A stretch of 44,375 bases of DNA from Candidatus Berkelbacteria bacterium CG_4_9_14_3_um_filter_39_23 (GCA_002789815.1 PFTZ01000046.1:1-44375); one strand, 5' to 3'. Counted from the stretch's first letter, positions 8,523 through 18,530 are shown. Numbers and translations: made by a program. The notes: a model not told the origin generated them from the letters alone.

Positions 8523-8891
8523 ATGGTTACTGATCAGAGCAGGATTTTAATTCAAATTAGCAAACCAAGGGGCATTGAAGATTTTAAACGGAGATTGACC
8601 GACAATGACCTGTCCGTTACCGTTGATCGGCAGATATGTGGAATTATTATTGAATGCCCATCTTGTCAAATACCGGGCATGCTATATTTAGTGTCCGAAG
8701 TTGCGGCTGAGCGTCAGATCCGTATAGTAGCTATTAGTTGGTGGAAGCTTGGTCAATGGAGTAAATATGAACATATTATGGGTTTAATAGAGCAACAATT
8801 CCGCGACGTTCAAGCACTCATAGCTCTCACGAGACAATTAACAGATCTTCTTTCACCAGAAATAGTAGAGCTGATACGCTTTCCCAAATAA
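8523..8891 (+). CDS. Hypothetical protein (122 aa)
   Basis: The ATG at 8523 is preceded by 'aaagggagg'. I recognise no family. Contains 'ECPSCQ'. Confidence 0.45.
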   Translation: MVTDQSRILIQISKPRGIEDFKRRLTDNDLSVTVDRQICGIIIECPSCQIPGMLYLVSEVAAERQIRIVAISWWKLGQWSKYEHIMGLIEQQFRDVQALIALTRQLTDLLSPEIVELIRFPK

Positions 8892-8982
8892 TATCTATCA
8901 AAGAAAAAGAGTTTGATTCTTTGTGACGATATTAACCAAGCATCATTATCCCACCCCAAAAAACATCTTTAAAATCATATAG

Positions 8983-9012
8983 CGCAATGCCAACATCAGC
9001 ATTGCGTTTTTT
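8983..9012 (+). terminator. Rho-independent terminator
   Basis: Perfect 8-bp stem cgcaatgc (8983-8990) / gcattgcg (8999-9006), 8-nt loop, then tttttt (9007-9012). It lies inside the spurious N-terminal extension of the dnaX ORF. Confidence 0.75.
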
Positions 9013-9049
9013 ATTTTACATTTTCCACAATTCATTATACATTGGATTT

Positions 9050-10513
9050 ATGGCGCTATATCACAAATATCGTCCGCAAACACTGCAAGGTTTGGCAGGG
9101 CAAGAACATATTAGGGAAATATTGATTAACACCCTAGAAAGCGATCGCGTTGGGCACGGTTATCTTTTGGCTGGTCCGCGCGGGCTGGGGAAAACCACAA
9201 CCGCTCGCATCCTAGCCAAAGCGATTAATTGCCAACACAAGACGAAAAAAAGCGTGCCTTGCGATAATTGCCAAAGTTGTCAGGAAATCGCGCTGAGTTC
9301 GAGCTTAGATGTCATAGAGATTGATGCTGCCTCAAATCGGGGGATTGACGAAATTCGTGAATTGCGCGACAAGGTTCGTTTTGCGCCGACGGTAGGGGTA
9401 AAAAAGATTTACATTATTGACGAAGTCCATATGTTGACCAAAGAAGCGTTTAACGCGCTTTTGAAAACTTTGGAGGAGCCACCTTCTCACGCGGTTTTTA
9501 TTTTAGCCACCACCGAAGCGCATAAAATTCCTGACACAATTTTATCGCGCGTTCAACGTTTTGATTTTCGCCGACCAGAAATTAACGATTTAGTTTCATA
9601 CCTAAAAACAATCGCCCAAAAAGAAAATGTGCAAATTGACGAGCCAGCGCTGACGCAACTTGCTCGTATGGCAAATGGGTCATATCGGGACGGTTTGGTT
9701 TTATTAGATCAAGTGGCTGGCACAAACAAAAAAATTAACCTTGAATGGGTTCTAGAAAGTTTGGGCTTGCCTAGTTTGGCTGAGGCAGATAAATTTATTA
9801 TTGCGCTTTGGGCTAACGATTTAAAGCAAGCCCTAGAAATCACTGACAATGTCGCGAAAAGCGGGAAAAGTATTTCTTATTTTATTGATTTGATAGTTTT
9901 GGAGTTGCGTAAGCAACTCAGGCTTGGCGGAGATTTATCTTTGGCGCGTTGGATCGAGGAATTGCTGGGAGCGCTTGAGCAAATAAAGTATAGCCCAGAC
10001 CCAATTATTCCGCTTGAACTAGCGATTTATCGGATGGTAAAATCCAAAGCGCCTGTCTCGCAAGGCGCCAGTAGCGTGAAAAAAAAAGTCCAAATTCAAG
10101 TAGCTGAACCTAAAATTCATATTAAGTTAAAAAATTCTCCCAGCCAAATTAACCACAGCCTGAGGCAAAGCGTTAAAATAAAACTAGACGCAGGCATTGA
10201 TATCCACAAGCACTGGAGTGCGATTATTCGTGAAATTAAAAAACAAAATGTGGCGCTCGCCGGTTTTTTGCAATCCGCTAAGATAGTTGATATTCAGGCA
10301 AGAGAAGTAAAAATTTGTGTTAAATATCAGTTTTACAAAGACCTCATCGAGCAACCCAGAAATTTCCGTCTTGTGGAAAAAATTCTCTTGCAAAATTTGG
10401 GCGCTCAATTTAATTTGAAAATAACAGTTGATCCGCAAAAAATTCTCGAGCAAGAAAAAAAACAAGATGATGAATTATTTTCAAGGGTAAGTGAAGTATT
10501 TGATGACTTATGA
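9050..10513 (+). CDS. dnaX: DNA polymerase III subunit gamma/tau
   Basis: Has 'MALYHKYRPQTL', 'GHGYLLAGPRGLGKTTTARILAKAINC', Zn module 'CDNCQSC' and 'IYIIDEVHMLT'. The start at 9050 is placed downstream of the terminator at 8983-9012 and of a TTTACA-17-TACATT promoter (9015-9043). Confidence 0.9.
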   Translation: MALYHKYRPQTLQGLAGQEHIREILINTLESDRVGHGYLLAGPRGLGKTTTARILAKAINCQHKTKKSVPCDNCQSCQEIALSSSLDVIEIDAASNRGIDEIRELRDKVRFAPTVGVKKIYIIDEVHMLTKEAFNALLKTLEEPPSHAVFILATTEAHKIPDTILSRVQRFDFRRPEINDLVSYLKTIAQKENVQIDEPALTQLARMANGSYRDGLVLLDQVAGTNKKINLEWVLESLGLPSLAEADKFIIALWANDLKQALEITDNVAKSGKSISYFIDLIVLELRKQLRLGGDLSLARWIEELLGALEQIKYSPDPIIPLELAIYRMVKSKAPVSQGASSVKKKVQIQVAEPKIHIKLKNSPSQINHSLRQSVKIKLDAGIDIHKHWSAIIREIKKQNVALAGFLQSAKIVDIQAREVKICVKYQFYKDLIEQPRNFRLVEKILLQNLGAQFNLKITVDPQKILEQEKKQDDELFSRVSEVFDDL

Positions 10514-11883
10514 GCATAAAATTACCACCGCAAAATTTGGAAGCTGAACGATCAGTCTTAGGGGCGCTCCTCATTGACAATGATGTGGTTTTTAAAATTT
10601 CTGATATTTTGAAATCCGAAGATTTTTATAAAAATGAACATAAAATTATTTATGAGGCGATGATGGATTTAAGCCAAAATCATCAGCCGATTGATGTGCT
10701 GACTCTAACCGATTTGCTAGAAAAAAGAAAAAAATTAAAAGAGGTGGGTGGAGCAAGCTATGTTTCCGAGGTGGTAAACTCAACAGCCACTTCAGCCAAT
10801 GTTGTTGCTTACGCGCAAATTATTCGGGATCGCTCAGTGCTACGCAATCTTATCTCCAGCGGGTCAAAAATTGTTGAGCTGGGTTTTCGCGAAGAGCGAG
10901 ACACAACCGAGCTTTTGGACGAAGCAGAAAGAATGCTTTTTCAGGTGACACAAGGATTTTTAAAAGAAACATTTGTGCCAATCAAAGATGTTTTGGCTGG
11001 CACATTCGAGCGAATTGACGAGCTAAATAAAAATAAGGGGAAAATGCGTGGCGTACCTACTGGCTATAGAGAGTTGGATAGCGTGTTGGCAGGGCTACAG
11101 AATTCGGATTTGGTTGTTTTGGCAGCGAGACCGTCAATGGGGAAAACATCTTTTGCTATTTCAATCGCAATAAACGCCGCTGTCAACCATAAAGTGCCAG
11201 TTGGTTTTTTTTCGATCGAACAAAGTCGAGACCAAATTGTTGATCGAATGCTTGTGTCTGTGGCAGGTATTGATTCATGGCGACTCCGTACCGGCAATCT
11301 ATCAGAAAGCGATTTTCCGAAAATAGGTAATAGTATGGGAATTTTGTCCGAAGCGCCGATTTATATTGACGATACTCCGCTTCTAAATGTGATGGAAATG
11401 CGAGCTAAGTCGCGACGGCTCCAGATGGAAAAAGGGTTGGGGTTAATTGTAATTGATTATATGCAACTAATGGAAGGAAACGCTCAATCCAAAAAGGAGG
11501 GCTCGCGCGTGCAAGAAATGTCAGAGATTTCTCGGGGAATAAAAGCCATTGCCAGGGAGCTGAATGTGCCGGTGATGGCTCTTTCCCAATTGTCGCGCGC
11601 AGTTGAAATGCGTCATCCTAAAATCCCCCAACTAGCTGACTTGCGCGACAGCGGATCGATAGAGCAAGACGCTGATGTGGTGATGTTTATTTATCGAGAA
11701 GATTATTATAATCCAGAAACAGATCGGAAAAATATCGCGGACATATTTGTTAAAAAACATCGCAATGGTCCGACTGGTCAGACCGAGCTATATTTTGTGC
11801 CAGAACAAATGAAATTTCAAGATATTGAAAAAAAAGAATATGGCGTCCAGTCAGCCAACCAGCTAGTTGAAGAGGAATATTAA
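10510..11883 (+). CDS. dnaB: Replicative DNA helicase DnaB
   Basis: Has 'LPPQNLEAERSVLGALLID' and Walker A 'VLAARPSMGKTSFAI'. The ATGA overlaps the dnaX stop. Confidence 0.95.
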   Translation: MSIKLPPQNLEAERSVLGALLIDNDVVFKISDILKSEDFYKNEHKIIYEAMMDLSQNHQPIDVLTLTDLLEKRKKLKEVGGASYVSEVVNSTATSANVVAYAQIIRDRSVLRNLISSGSKIVELGFREERDTTELLDEAERMLFQVTQGFLKETFVPIKDVLAGTFERIDELNKNKGKMRGVPTGYRELDSVLAGLQNSDLVVLAARPSMGKTSFAISIAINAAVNHKVPVGFFSIEQSRDQIVDRMLVSVAGIDSWRLRTGNLSESDFPKIGNSMGILSEAPIYIDDTPLLNVMEMRAKSRRLQMEKGLGLIVIDYMQLMEGNAQSKKEGSRVQEMSEISRGIKAIARELNVPVMALSQLSRAVEMRHPKIPQLADLRDSGSIEQDADVVMFIYREDYYNPETDRKNIADIFVKKHRNGPTGQTELYFVPEQMKFQDIEKKEYGVQSANQLVEEEY

Positions 11884-11884
11884 T

Positions 11885-12778
11885 ATGCCACTTATTTTGA
11901 TTTTTGATGGTAATTCGATTATGCATCGGGCGTATCACGCCATCCCACCGCTCACTTCGCCGACTGGAGAGTTAGTCAATTCAGTCTACGGGTTTTTCAG
12001 CATCTGGCTGGCGGCAGTTAAACGATTTCAGCCTGATTCCACAGCAGTGGCTTTTGATACCAAGGGTCCGACTTTTCGCGATAAATTATTTCAAGAATAT
12101 AAAGCTAAAAGGGTTAAGCCACCAGATAATTTTTATCAGCAAATACCAATCATCAAGCAATTATTGAAAGATATAGAGGTCCCAATGCTGGAAAAAAATG
12201 GCTTTGAGGCAGATGATTTGATCGGGACACTGGCAAAAAAATTAGCGCAGGGCGACTGGCAAATTATTATTGTCACCGGCGATCAAGACGTTTTTCAGCT
12301 AATAGATAGTAAAATAAGAGTTTTTTACCCTTCCAAAGGTTTGGGTAATGGCGATATTTTTGGCGAGCAAGAGGTGTTCAATAAATTTGGTTTTATGCCA
12401 GAGCGTATGGTGGATTTTAAAGCGCTAGCCGGCGATCCGTCAGACAATATTCCCGGTGTAGCCGGGATTGGAAAAAAAACCGCTCAAACATTGGTTTGTC
12501 GCTATGCCAAGCTTGATACGATTTACCAAAATATAGCTAATTTATCAAGTCGTACCCAAACTTTATTGTCTGCTGGTAAAAGCCAAGCTGAATTGTCGCG
12601 CCAGCTGGCTCAAATAGACACCAACGCGCCGATCGTTTTTTCCCAAGAAGATAGTAGATTAAAGAACTTTAATCAAGAAAAAGTCGAGCAAGAGTTTATC
12701 AAATTGGGTTTTAAGAGCTTGGTCAGCCGTTTGCCCAAAAGCGAGAGAAAAAATTTCGAGCAACAAGCGCTACTATGA
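11885..12778 (+). CDS. Stand-alone 5'-3' exonuclease / flap endonuclease (Pol I N-terminal domain homologue, no polymerase domain)
   Basis: About 297 aa with 'GFEADDLIGTLA' and the H3TH motif 'DNIPGVAGIGKKTA'. The ORF ends without Klenow-type domains. Confidence 0.85.
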   Translation: MPLILIFDGNSIMHRAYHAIPPLTSPTGELVNSVYGFFSIWLAAVKRFQPDSTAVAFDTKGPTFRDKLFQEYKAKRVKPPDNFYQQIPIIKQLLKDIEVPMLEKNGFEADDLIGTLAKKLAQGDWQIIIVTGDQDVFQLIDSKIRVFYPSKGLGNGDIFGEQEVFNKFGFMPERMVDFKALAGDPSDNIPGVAGIGKKTAQTLVCRYAKLDTIYQNIANLSSRTQTLLSAGKSQAELSRQLAQIDTNAPIVFSQEDSRLKNFNQEKVEQEFIKLGFKSLVSRLPKSERKNFEQQALL

Positions 12779-13710
12779 AAAATTTAATTTTTATCTATGG
12801 AGACGATACATTTCGCGCGGTTGAGTATGTGAAATTTTTAAAAGCCAAATTTTGTGAGAAAAATAAAGGTTTGTTTAATCTCACGGAATATGATTTAGAG
12901 GATAAAAATGATTTTAATGCAGTGATGGTTAATATATCCACCATACCGTTTTTAGCCACCAATAGATTGATAGTTATCAAACACGCTCTCAAAGCTAAAG
13001 ATGCGCCGGTTGAGCAATTTACTCGAACCATTAAAAACTCCCAAAGCACTATCGTGGTTTTTTTTGAGCGCGGGTTTCCTGATAAACGAACGAAATTTTA
13101 TAAATATCTCGCCCAAAACGCAGTGAAAAAAGAATTCAAAGAATTAGCTCCCTGGCAACAAAAAGAATGGATTAAGCGACAATTTGCTAAAGAGGGGAAA
13201 ACGATAGATCAAGAGGCGTTAGAATATTTAGTGAGGATAAAACAAGGCAAAATCAGCAAGATTTTGCCTGAAATAAAAAAATTGATTTTTGTTAGTCAGC
13301 CAACTATCTCTCTTATTATAATAAAAAAATTAGTGGCTCCGTCATACGAAGATAAACTTTATGAAATTTACGATTCGTTTTTATCTGAAAATTGTGCCAG
13401 TCATATTTTGAAAAAGATTGACCATATCAAAATCAATCAAAGCGAGTTTTTTATTTGGGGGACAATAGTTAATTTATTCAGAAATCTTTTGCTGATTGCC
13501 AACGAGTCTAATAAAAATCCTTTTATTCTGCAAAAAAAATTAGGCATCAGTTATTTTTTAGCGCAGAAAGCCTTTTTGCTGAAAAAAGATTTTACCCAGT
13601 TAAAAAAGTTTTATCAAATGCTATTTGACTATGATGTTAAAGTAAAAACTGGTAAAATAGAATTAAAGTTAGCGCTTGATTTGACCGCTTGTAAATTTTG
13701 CGAACTTTAA
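12775..13710 (+). CDS. holA: Probable DNA polymerase III delta subunit
   Basis: 311 aa. N-terminal 'IFIYGDDTFRAVEY' and the overall length fit HolA. There is a 4-nt overlap with the upstream exonuclease gene, and the gene sits in the replisome block. The assignment rests on weak motif memory. Confidence 0.5.
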   Translation: MKNLIFIYGDDTFRAVEYVKFLKAKFCEKNKGLFNLTEYDLEDKNDFNAVMVNISTIPFLATNRLIVIKHALKAKDAPVEQFTRTIKNSQSTIVVFFERGFPDKRTKFYKYLAQNAVKKEFKELAPWQQKEWIKRQFAKEGKTIDQEALEYLVRIKQGKISKILPEIKKLIFVSQPTISLIIIKKLVAPSYEDKLYEIYDSFLSENCASHILKKIDHIKINQSEFFIWGTIVNLFRNLLLIANESNKNPFILQKKLGISYFLAQKAFLLKKDFTQLKKFYQMLFDYDVKVKTGKIELKLALDLTACKFCEL

Positions 13711-13718
13711 GGAGGAAT

Positions 13719-15179
13719 ATGCTACTTGTTTCTTTTCAAACCAAGCATTTTTTGTTTTGGGTGGGAATTTTTATCATAGTATTTGGCACTTATTTTGCTT
13801 ATAATCGCATCACAGCCGATGTTTTCACAAGCCCTAATTACTCTCAGCTCGACATCAGCGAAAATGCGGTCGTTACTTTGAACGGGCAAGATATTTCGTC
13901 ATCGCTTACTCCGGGTTTTTTTGGCGATATGGATACTTTTTTTTACCAAATTTATAACGCGCCCGGCAGATATATTGGCGATGTGACCCTGGTGGTCAAT
14001 CTACCGGATAACTTATCAGCTGATTTGGTTAAAATAGAGCCGATTATCACTTATACAAGCATTCCCAAAGCCAATGTTGCCACGCAAGGGAATAAAATTA
14101 TTATTTTAGGCTATGGGCTCGATTCGCAGGCGCTTTTTTCTCTCAAGCTCTTGATTCCTAAGGGTTATCTTGATTTTCCGTTAGGGCGTTTGGCGGGCGG
14201 TTTTCTGCAAAGTCAGGCAATTTTATTTTGGATTGTTATTTCCGCTTTTTTGCCCACAATGACATTTTTTGTGTTGTTTAAAAAATTAAGAGAACAAGCA
14301 AAAATCAGACGTAGCACGCAGGTGAATTACGAGTTGTCCGAGCTTCCCGGGATGGCAAATCCAGCAGTGGTGGCTGTTTTATATAATGGCAAAATTACTT
14401 CTCGCGCTATTTCCGCTTTTGTGCTTCAAATGGCAAATAAAGGGCTCCTTGAAATAGTTTTTAAGAATGATCATTTTTTGTTTGCTCGTTTTGGTCAACA
14501 GACCAAAGAATTTAAAGACGCTAACCTAGAGCCAGCAGAAAAAGCTTTAATCTCAAAAATTTTTAAGGATACTGGTTTTAAAAGTAGTGATGAGGATGTC
14601 CAGTTTCGTATTACGCACCGATTATTTTCTGATAAAATCGCCACATTTTACTATTTGATTTATGATGAGGCATTTTCGCTGGGATATTTCAATCAAGCGC
14701 CTCACCTTACGCATAAAAAATGGCGCAACGGGGGCTTGGCGGTTTTTTTCTCTGGGATACTGGGCGCTACCTTGGCGCTACTTTTTGCGCCAGTCAATTT
14801 ATTTTGGCTGTGGTTAGGGCTAGTTGTGGCTGGAGGAATTATCATCAAAAATTCTTCGCAAATAAACTACCTTAGTCCCAAGGGCTTGGAAACATTGCGA
14901 AAATGGAAAGCGTTGAAAAACTATTTAACCAATCCAATCGCCTTTACAAATCAAAATAATACAGACAAGATTTTTACCCGATTTTTGCCTTTTGCTTTGG
15001 CTATGGGGGTAGAAGAGGAGTGGGTTCAAAGGTTTAGAGAGGTTTCAGTTGATGTGCCAGAGTGGTATGTTTGTTTAGACCAAGAAGTGACAATAAAAAA
15101 TTTTTCTCAAAATTTACTCAATTTGCTTAATTGGCTATCAAGCGCTTTTACATTTATTAAAGATCCCCGCGTTGAGTAA
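13719..15179 (+). CDS. Membrane protein, DUF2207-like
   Basis: The ATG at 13719 follows 'taaggagga'. Has an N-terminal TM, a soluble domain, then several TMs and a 'PAVVAVLYNGKITSRAISAFVLQMANKGLLEI' segment, as in DUF2207 proteins (from memory). Confidence 0.5.
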   Translation: MLLVSFQTKHFLFWVGIFIIVFGTYFAYNRITADVFTSPNYSQLDISENAVVTLNGQDISSSLTPGFFGDMDTFFYQIYNAPGRYIGDVTLVVNLPDNLSADLVKIEPIITYTSIPKANVATQGNKIIILGYGLDSQALFSLKLLIPKGYLDFPLGRLAGGFLQSQAILFWIVISAFLPTMTFFVLFKKLREQAKIRRSTQVNYELSELPGMANPAVVAVLYNGKITSRAISAFVLQMANKGLLEIVFKNDHFLFARFGQQTKEFKDANLEPAEKALISKIFKDTGFKSSDEDVQFRITHRLFSDKIATFYYLIYDEAFSLGYFNQAPHLTHKKWRNGGLAVFFSGILGATLALLFAPVNLFWLWLGLVVAGGIIIKNSSQINYLSPKGLETLRKWKALKNYLTNPIAFTNQNNTDKIFTRFLPFALAMGVEEEWVQRFREVSVDVPEWYVCLDQEVTIKNFSQNLLNLLNWLSSAFTFIKDPRVE

Positions 15180-15186
15180 GGCGGGC

Positions 15187-15726
15187 TCAATAAGCCGGCG
15201 CGGTAATCGCTTTAAAATCTGAAAAAGGATAGAGCACAAATGTAGCTTTACCAATTAAATCTTTGCGACTTGCCGGTCCCCAAATGCGTGAATCGTGCGA
15301 TTCCGCTCGATTGTCGCCCATTAAAAAATATTCGTCTTTATCTAGCAGGCGCGATAAATTTTCAGAGAATATTAATCCTTTATCGAGATAACTTTCGATT
15401 GATTCATTGCCATTTATAAATACTTTATTGTCCAGAATTTCAATTTTTTCTCCGGGCAGTCCGATTAATCTTTTAACAAATTTTTTATTTTTAGGATCTC
15501 CGGGAAATTTGGTGATAGTCACTTCGCCTCTGTGAGGTTCGCTGGTTAAAAAACTTATTCGGTTGACATACACCCATTGCCCAGTGTGAAAATTCGGTTC
15601 CATACTAACGCCTGACACAACAAAAATTGTGCCAATAAAAAGATGGTAAATAATTAAAATTATTGCCAAAATAAGAACATTTTTAAATAAAACATAAGTG
15701 ACATTGAAAAGGCGCGAAAAGTTCAT
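15187..15726 (-). CDS. lepB: Signal peptidase I
   Basis: Has the catalytic Ser box 'VSGVSMEPNF' and 'MGDNRAESHDSRIWG', with an N-terminal TM. Confidence 0.9.
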   Translation of the reverse strand: MNFSRLFNVTYVLFKNVLILAIILIIYHLFIGTIFVVSGVSMEPNFHTGQWVYVNRISFLTSEPHRGEVTITKFPGDPKNKKFVKRLIGLPGEKIEILDNKVFINGNESIESYLDKGLIFSENLSRLLDKDEYFLMGDNRAESHDSRIWGPASRKDLIGKATFVLYPFSDFKAITAPAY

Positions 15727-16055
15727 TTTTTAAGTTTTGGCTGGGGCGTTTTTTTATCTTTAACGGATGTCTTTGGTTTGGTTGTATTTGCCTTTTTTAC
15801 TGCTGACTTTGATTTTCTTGGGGCAAGTTTTTGCGGTTTTAGGGTTTTAAAAAGCCGTGATTTGATCCTAGACGCTTTTTGCATAGATATCAGTCTCACC
15901 TTTGAAGCTTTGTCGATTTTCGAAACGATAGTTGATAAATTTTCTACTGTCGCTTTTTTAATAAGTATGGCTAACGTTTTTTTTTGATATTTATTATGCG
16001 CTTCACGCCTTTTAGTTTGGCGCAATGCTTTTTTAGCTGATTTAATAATTGGCAT
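15723..16055 (-). CDS. rpsT: 30S ribosomal protein S20 with Lys-rich C-terminal extension
   Basis: 'MPIIKSAKKALRQTKRREAHNKYQK' is the canonical S20 N-terminus, so the start is the internal Met at 16055. The C-terminal ~30 aa are K/P/T-rich. Confidence 0.85.
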   Translation of the reverse strand: MPIIKSAKKALRQTKRREAHNKYQKKTLAILIKKATVENLSTIVSKIDKASKVRLISMQKASRIKSRLFKTLKPQKLAPRKSKSAVKKANTTKPKTSVKDKKTPQPKLKK

Positions 16056-16218
16056 AATCGCTTCGCTAAATGCATAATTCAAAATGAAAAATGCAAAATT
16101 TTAGTTTGAATATTTATTTTATAAAACAATCATAACAAATTTTGCGGGTGATTGCAAGGATCATGAAATTTAGAAATGCTAAATTTTAAATCTTACGTCT
16201 GATTTCTGATCCATACCC

Positions 16219-16246
16219 TTGACGAAAAATTTATTTTTGTTATAGT
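16219..16246 (+). promoter_or_regulatory. Sigma70-like promoter giving a near-leaderless mRNA
   Basis: TTGACG (16219-16224), a 16-nt spacer, then TATAGT (16241-16246). The ATG at 16256 is only 9 nt after the -10, and there is no SD. Confidence 0.45.
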
Positions 16247-16255
16247 CATATTCTT

Positions 16256-17416
16256 ATGGAACTTTCTTCAAAACAACAAGCTATCGAGCTTATCAAAAAA
16301 TCGCAAAAGATTCTGTTGGTCACTCACAAAAATCCTGACGGAGACGCAATCGGTTCTATTCTAGCATTTAAAATCGCGCTTCAGACACTAGGAAAAGAAG
16401 TGGTGGCTGTTTGCCCGTGCTCAGGGACTATGCCAGATAATATGAATTTTTTAAAAGATATTGACAAATTGCAATTTAACATTGAGTCATCTAAAGATTT
16501 TGTTATCACGCTTGACACAACCGAAGCAGAGGTGCAAAAATTGGGCTATAAACAAAAGCCGGAAGACAATAAATTAAATATCGTAGTTACACTTTCGTCC
16601 GGGCAATTGAAGCCAGAAAATGTGTCTTTTGGGAAATCGGCTTTTGGTTTTGACTTGGTCGTAGTGCTTGATTCGCCTGACCTTGAAAGGTTGGGTGATT
16701 TTTTTGACCAACATACAGAATTATTTTACGAGATACCGCTGATTAACATTGATCATCACTCGTCAAATGATTATTTTGGAAAAGTTAATTGGGTTGATAT
16801 AGCAGCTACTTCCACTTGTGAAATTTTAGTAGCGTTGCTTGAAGCTTTGGGGCAAGGAAATCAATTATTTAACGAAGAAGTTGCTACTGCTTTGCTAACG
16901 GGAATAATAACAGACACAGGTAGTTTTCAAAATGTAAATACCACCCCTAAGTCATTTACCGTTGCGGCGCAACTAGTGGCGCTGGGCGCTCGACAGCAAG
17001 ATATTATTACAAGTATTTTTCGGACCAAATCAATCACCACGTTAAAAATTTGGGGGAAAGTTTTAACCAACTTAAAAGACGAAGGTAGGTTGCGGTTTGT
17101 TTGGTCAACTGCGTCAAAAGATGAAATAAATGAAGTGGGCGCAAATTTGAGCGAAGTGGGCGGAGTAGTTGATGAGTTATTGAAAAGTGTGCCAGATACA
17201 GATTTTTCTTTGCTTATTACTGAGCGTAATGGCAATATTCACGGAAGCTTGCGCGCCACTAAAAAGAATATTGATGTTGCCACTATCGCTGGTATGTTTG
17301 GCGGTGGCGGGCACCCTCAGGCAGCGGCTTTTGATATCAAAGACGGGCGTGGCTTGGAGGATGTTGCGCGTGAAGTTGTCTCTAGGATTAGAACTCATCA
17401 GAGCAACCGAGTTTAG
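16256..17416 (+). CDS. DHH/DHHA1 phosphoesterase (NrnA-like oligoribonuclease / pAp phosphatase)
   Basis: Has 'THKNPDGDAIGS', 'NIDHHSSN' and 'GGGGHPQAAAF'. Confidence 0.8.
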   Translation: MELSSKQQAIELIKKSQKILLVTHKNPDGDAIGSILAFKIALQTLGKEVVAVCPCSGTMPDNMNFLKDIDKLQFNIESSKDFVITLDTTEAEVQKLGYKQKPEDNKLNIVVTLSSGQLKPENVSFGKSAFGFDLVVVLDSPDLERLGDFFDQHTELFYEIPLINIDHHSSNDYFGKVNWVDIAATSTCEILVALLEALGQGNQLFNEEVATALLTGIITDTGSFQNVNTTPKSFTVAAQLVALGARQQDIITSIFRTKSITTLKIWGKVLTNLKDEGRLRFVWSTASKDEINEVGANLSEVGGVVDELLKSVPDTDFSLLITERNGNIHGSLRATKKNIDVATIAGMFGGGGHPQAAAFDIKDGRGLEDVAREVVSRIRTHQSNRV

Positions 17417-17467
17417 TATTCATTTGCAAATAAAAGCGATTGTGCTAATATAATTTTAAGGAGGTAG

Positions 17468-18439
17468 ATGCTTGATTTTATCGTTATAGGAGATACAACA
17501 TTGGATGTTTTTTTAATTGTGCATGAATACAAATTGATGTTTGACATTAAAAAGGAAAACAAATATCTGTGCGTGAACTATGCTGACAAAGTGCCAGTTG
17601 ACACAATCAAGGAAATTATTGCAGGGAACGCGCCGAATGCAGTGGTGGCTACCTCTCGCGCTGGGCTTCGGGTAGCAATCGTAACACAAATGGGCGAAGA
17701 TCAAACAGCTGGGCTAGCCAAAGAAATGTTTGAAAAAGAAAAAGTTGGACTTCAGTATTTTCAAAAAGAAGCAGGGACAAAAAGTAATTATTCAACCGTT
17801 ATTGCGGTTGATGGCGAGCGAACAATTTTAATTTATCATACTAAGCGCGACTATAAATTGCCACAGCTTGAGAAAGCTAAATGGGTGTATTTAACTTCAA
17901 TGGCAAAAGGGTCGGAAGTTATTTTTAACGAATTAGCTGACTATATTAAAAAAAACAAGGTTAAATTGTGCTATCAGCCGGGAACTTTTCAGCTTCGCCT
18001 GATGCCCGAAAAATCAAAATCGATTTTAAGATGTACCGAGCTTTTTGTGGTTAATCGCGACGAGGCAATCCAGTACACCAATTCAAAATCAGATATTGAG
18101 ATCAAGGATTTATTTCAAAAAATTGCCCAATTAGGTCCTAAAAAAATCGTGATTACTGACGGAACCAAGGGCTCATATGCCTGGGACGGCAAGGATTATT
18201 GGCAAATGGGAATTTTGAAAGAGATTCCTAGAAAAGAAGCCACTGGCGCTGGCGATGCCTATACTTCGGGTATGGCGATTTCTTTAGCCAAAGGATTTGA
18301 TATGGCAGAAAGTATGCGTCAGGCGCATTTTAATTCCTCGTCAGTTATCCAATTTATTGGCGGACAAGAAGGGCTTTTAACAGAAAAAGGTTATCAAGAG
18401 TGGGGGAGAAAATATCAGATAAAAGCAAAGAAATTTTAA
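17468..18439 (+). CDS. PfkB-family carbohydrate/sugar-phosphate kinase
   Basis: 323 aa. Has the ribokinase-like fold signature 'TGAGDAYTSGM' near the C-terminus and an RBS 'aaggagg'. Confidence 0.75.
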   Translation: MLDFIVIGDTTLDVFLIVHEYKLMFDIKKENKYLCVNYADKVPVDTIKEIIAGNAPNAVVATSRAGLRVAIVTQMGEDQTAGLAKEMFEKEKVGLQYFQKEAGTKSNYSTVIAVDGERTILIYHTKRDYKLPQLEKAKWVYLTSMAKGSEVIFNELADYIKKNKVKLCYQPGTFQLRLMPEKSKSILRCTELFVVNRDEAIQYTNSKSDIEIKDLFQKIAQLGPKKIVITDGTKGSYAWDGKDYWQMGILKEIPRKEATGAGDAYTSGMAISLAKGFDMAESMRQAHFNSSSVIQFIGGQEGLLTEKGYQEWGRKYQIKAKKF

Positions 18440-18530
18440 TTTGCCAAATTTCATATTCTTAAGAGTCTGAGATTCGAACCAGAGTCTAAGGCTGATAAGA
18501 AAAACAAAACATACAATTTTAGGAGAATTT

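Noticed and set aside
17426-17456. Possible promoter TTGCAA...TATAAT upstream of the PfkB kinase gene
   Set aside because: The spacing to the TATAAT hexamer is 19 nt (17 nt only to a poorer AATATA). This is too ambiguous to annotate.
18455-18500. 'gagattcgaaccagag' resembling a tRNA T-arm (ggttcgaatc on the minus strand)
   Set aside because: The flanking bases do not form a T-stem, an acceptor stem or an anticodon arm. It is probably a chance resemblance, or at most a tiny tRNA fragment.
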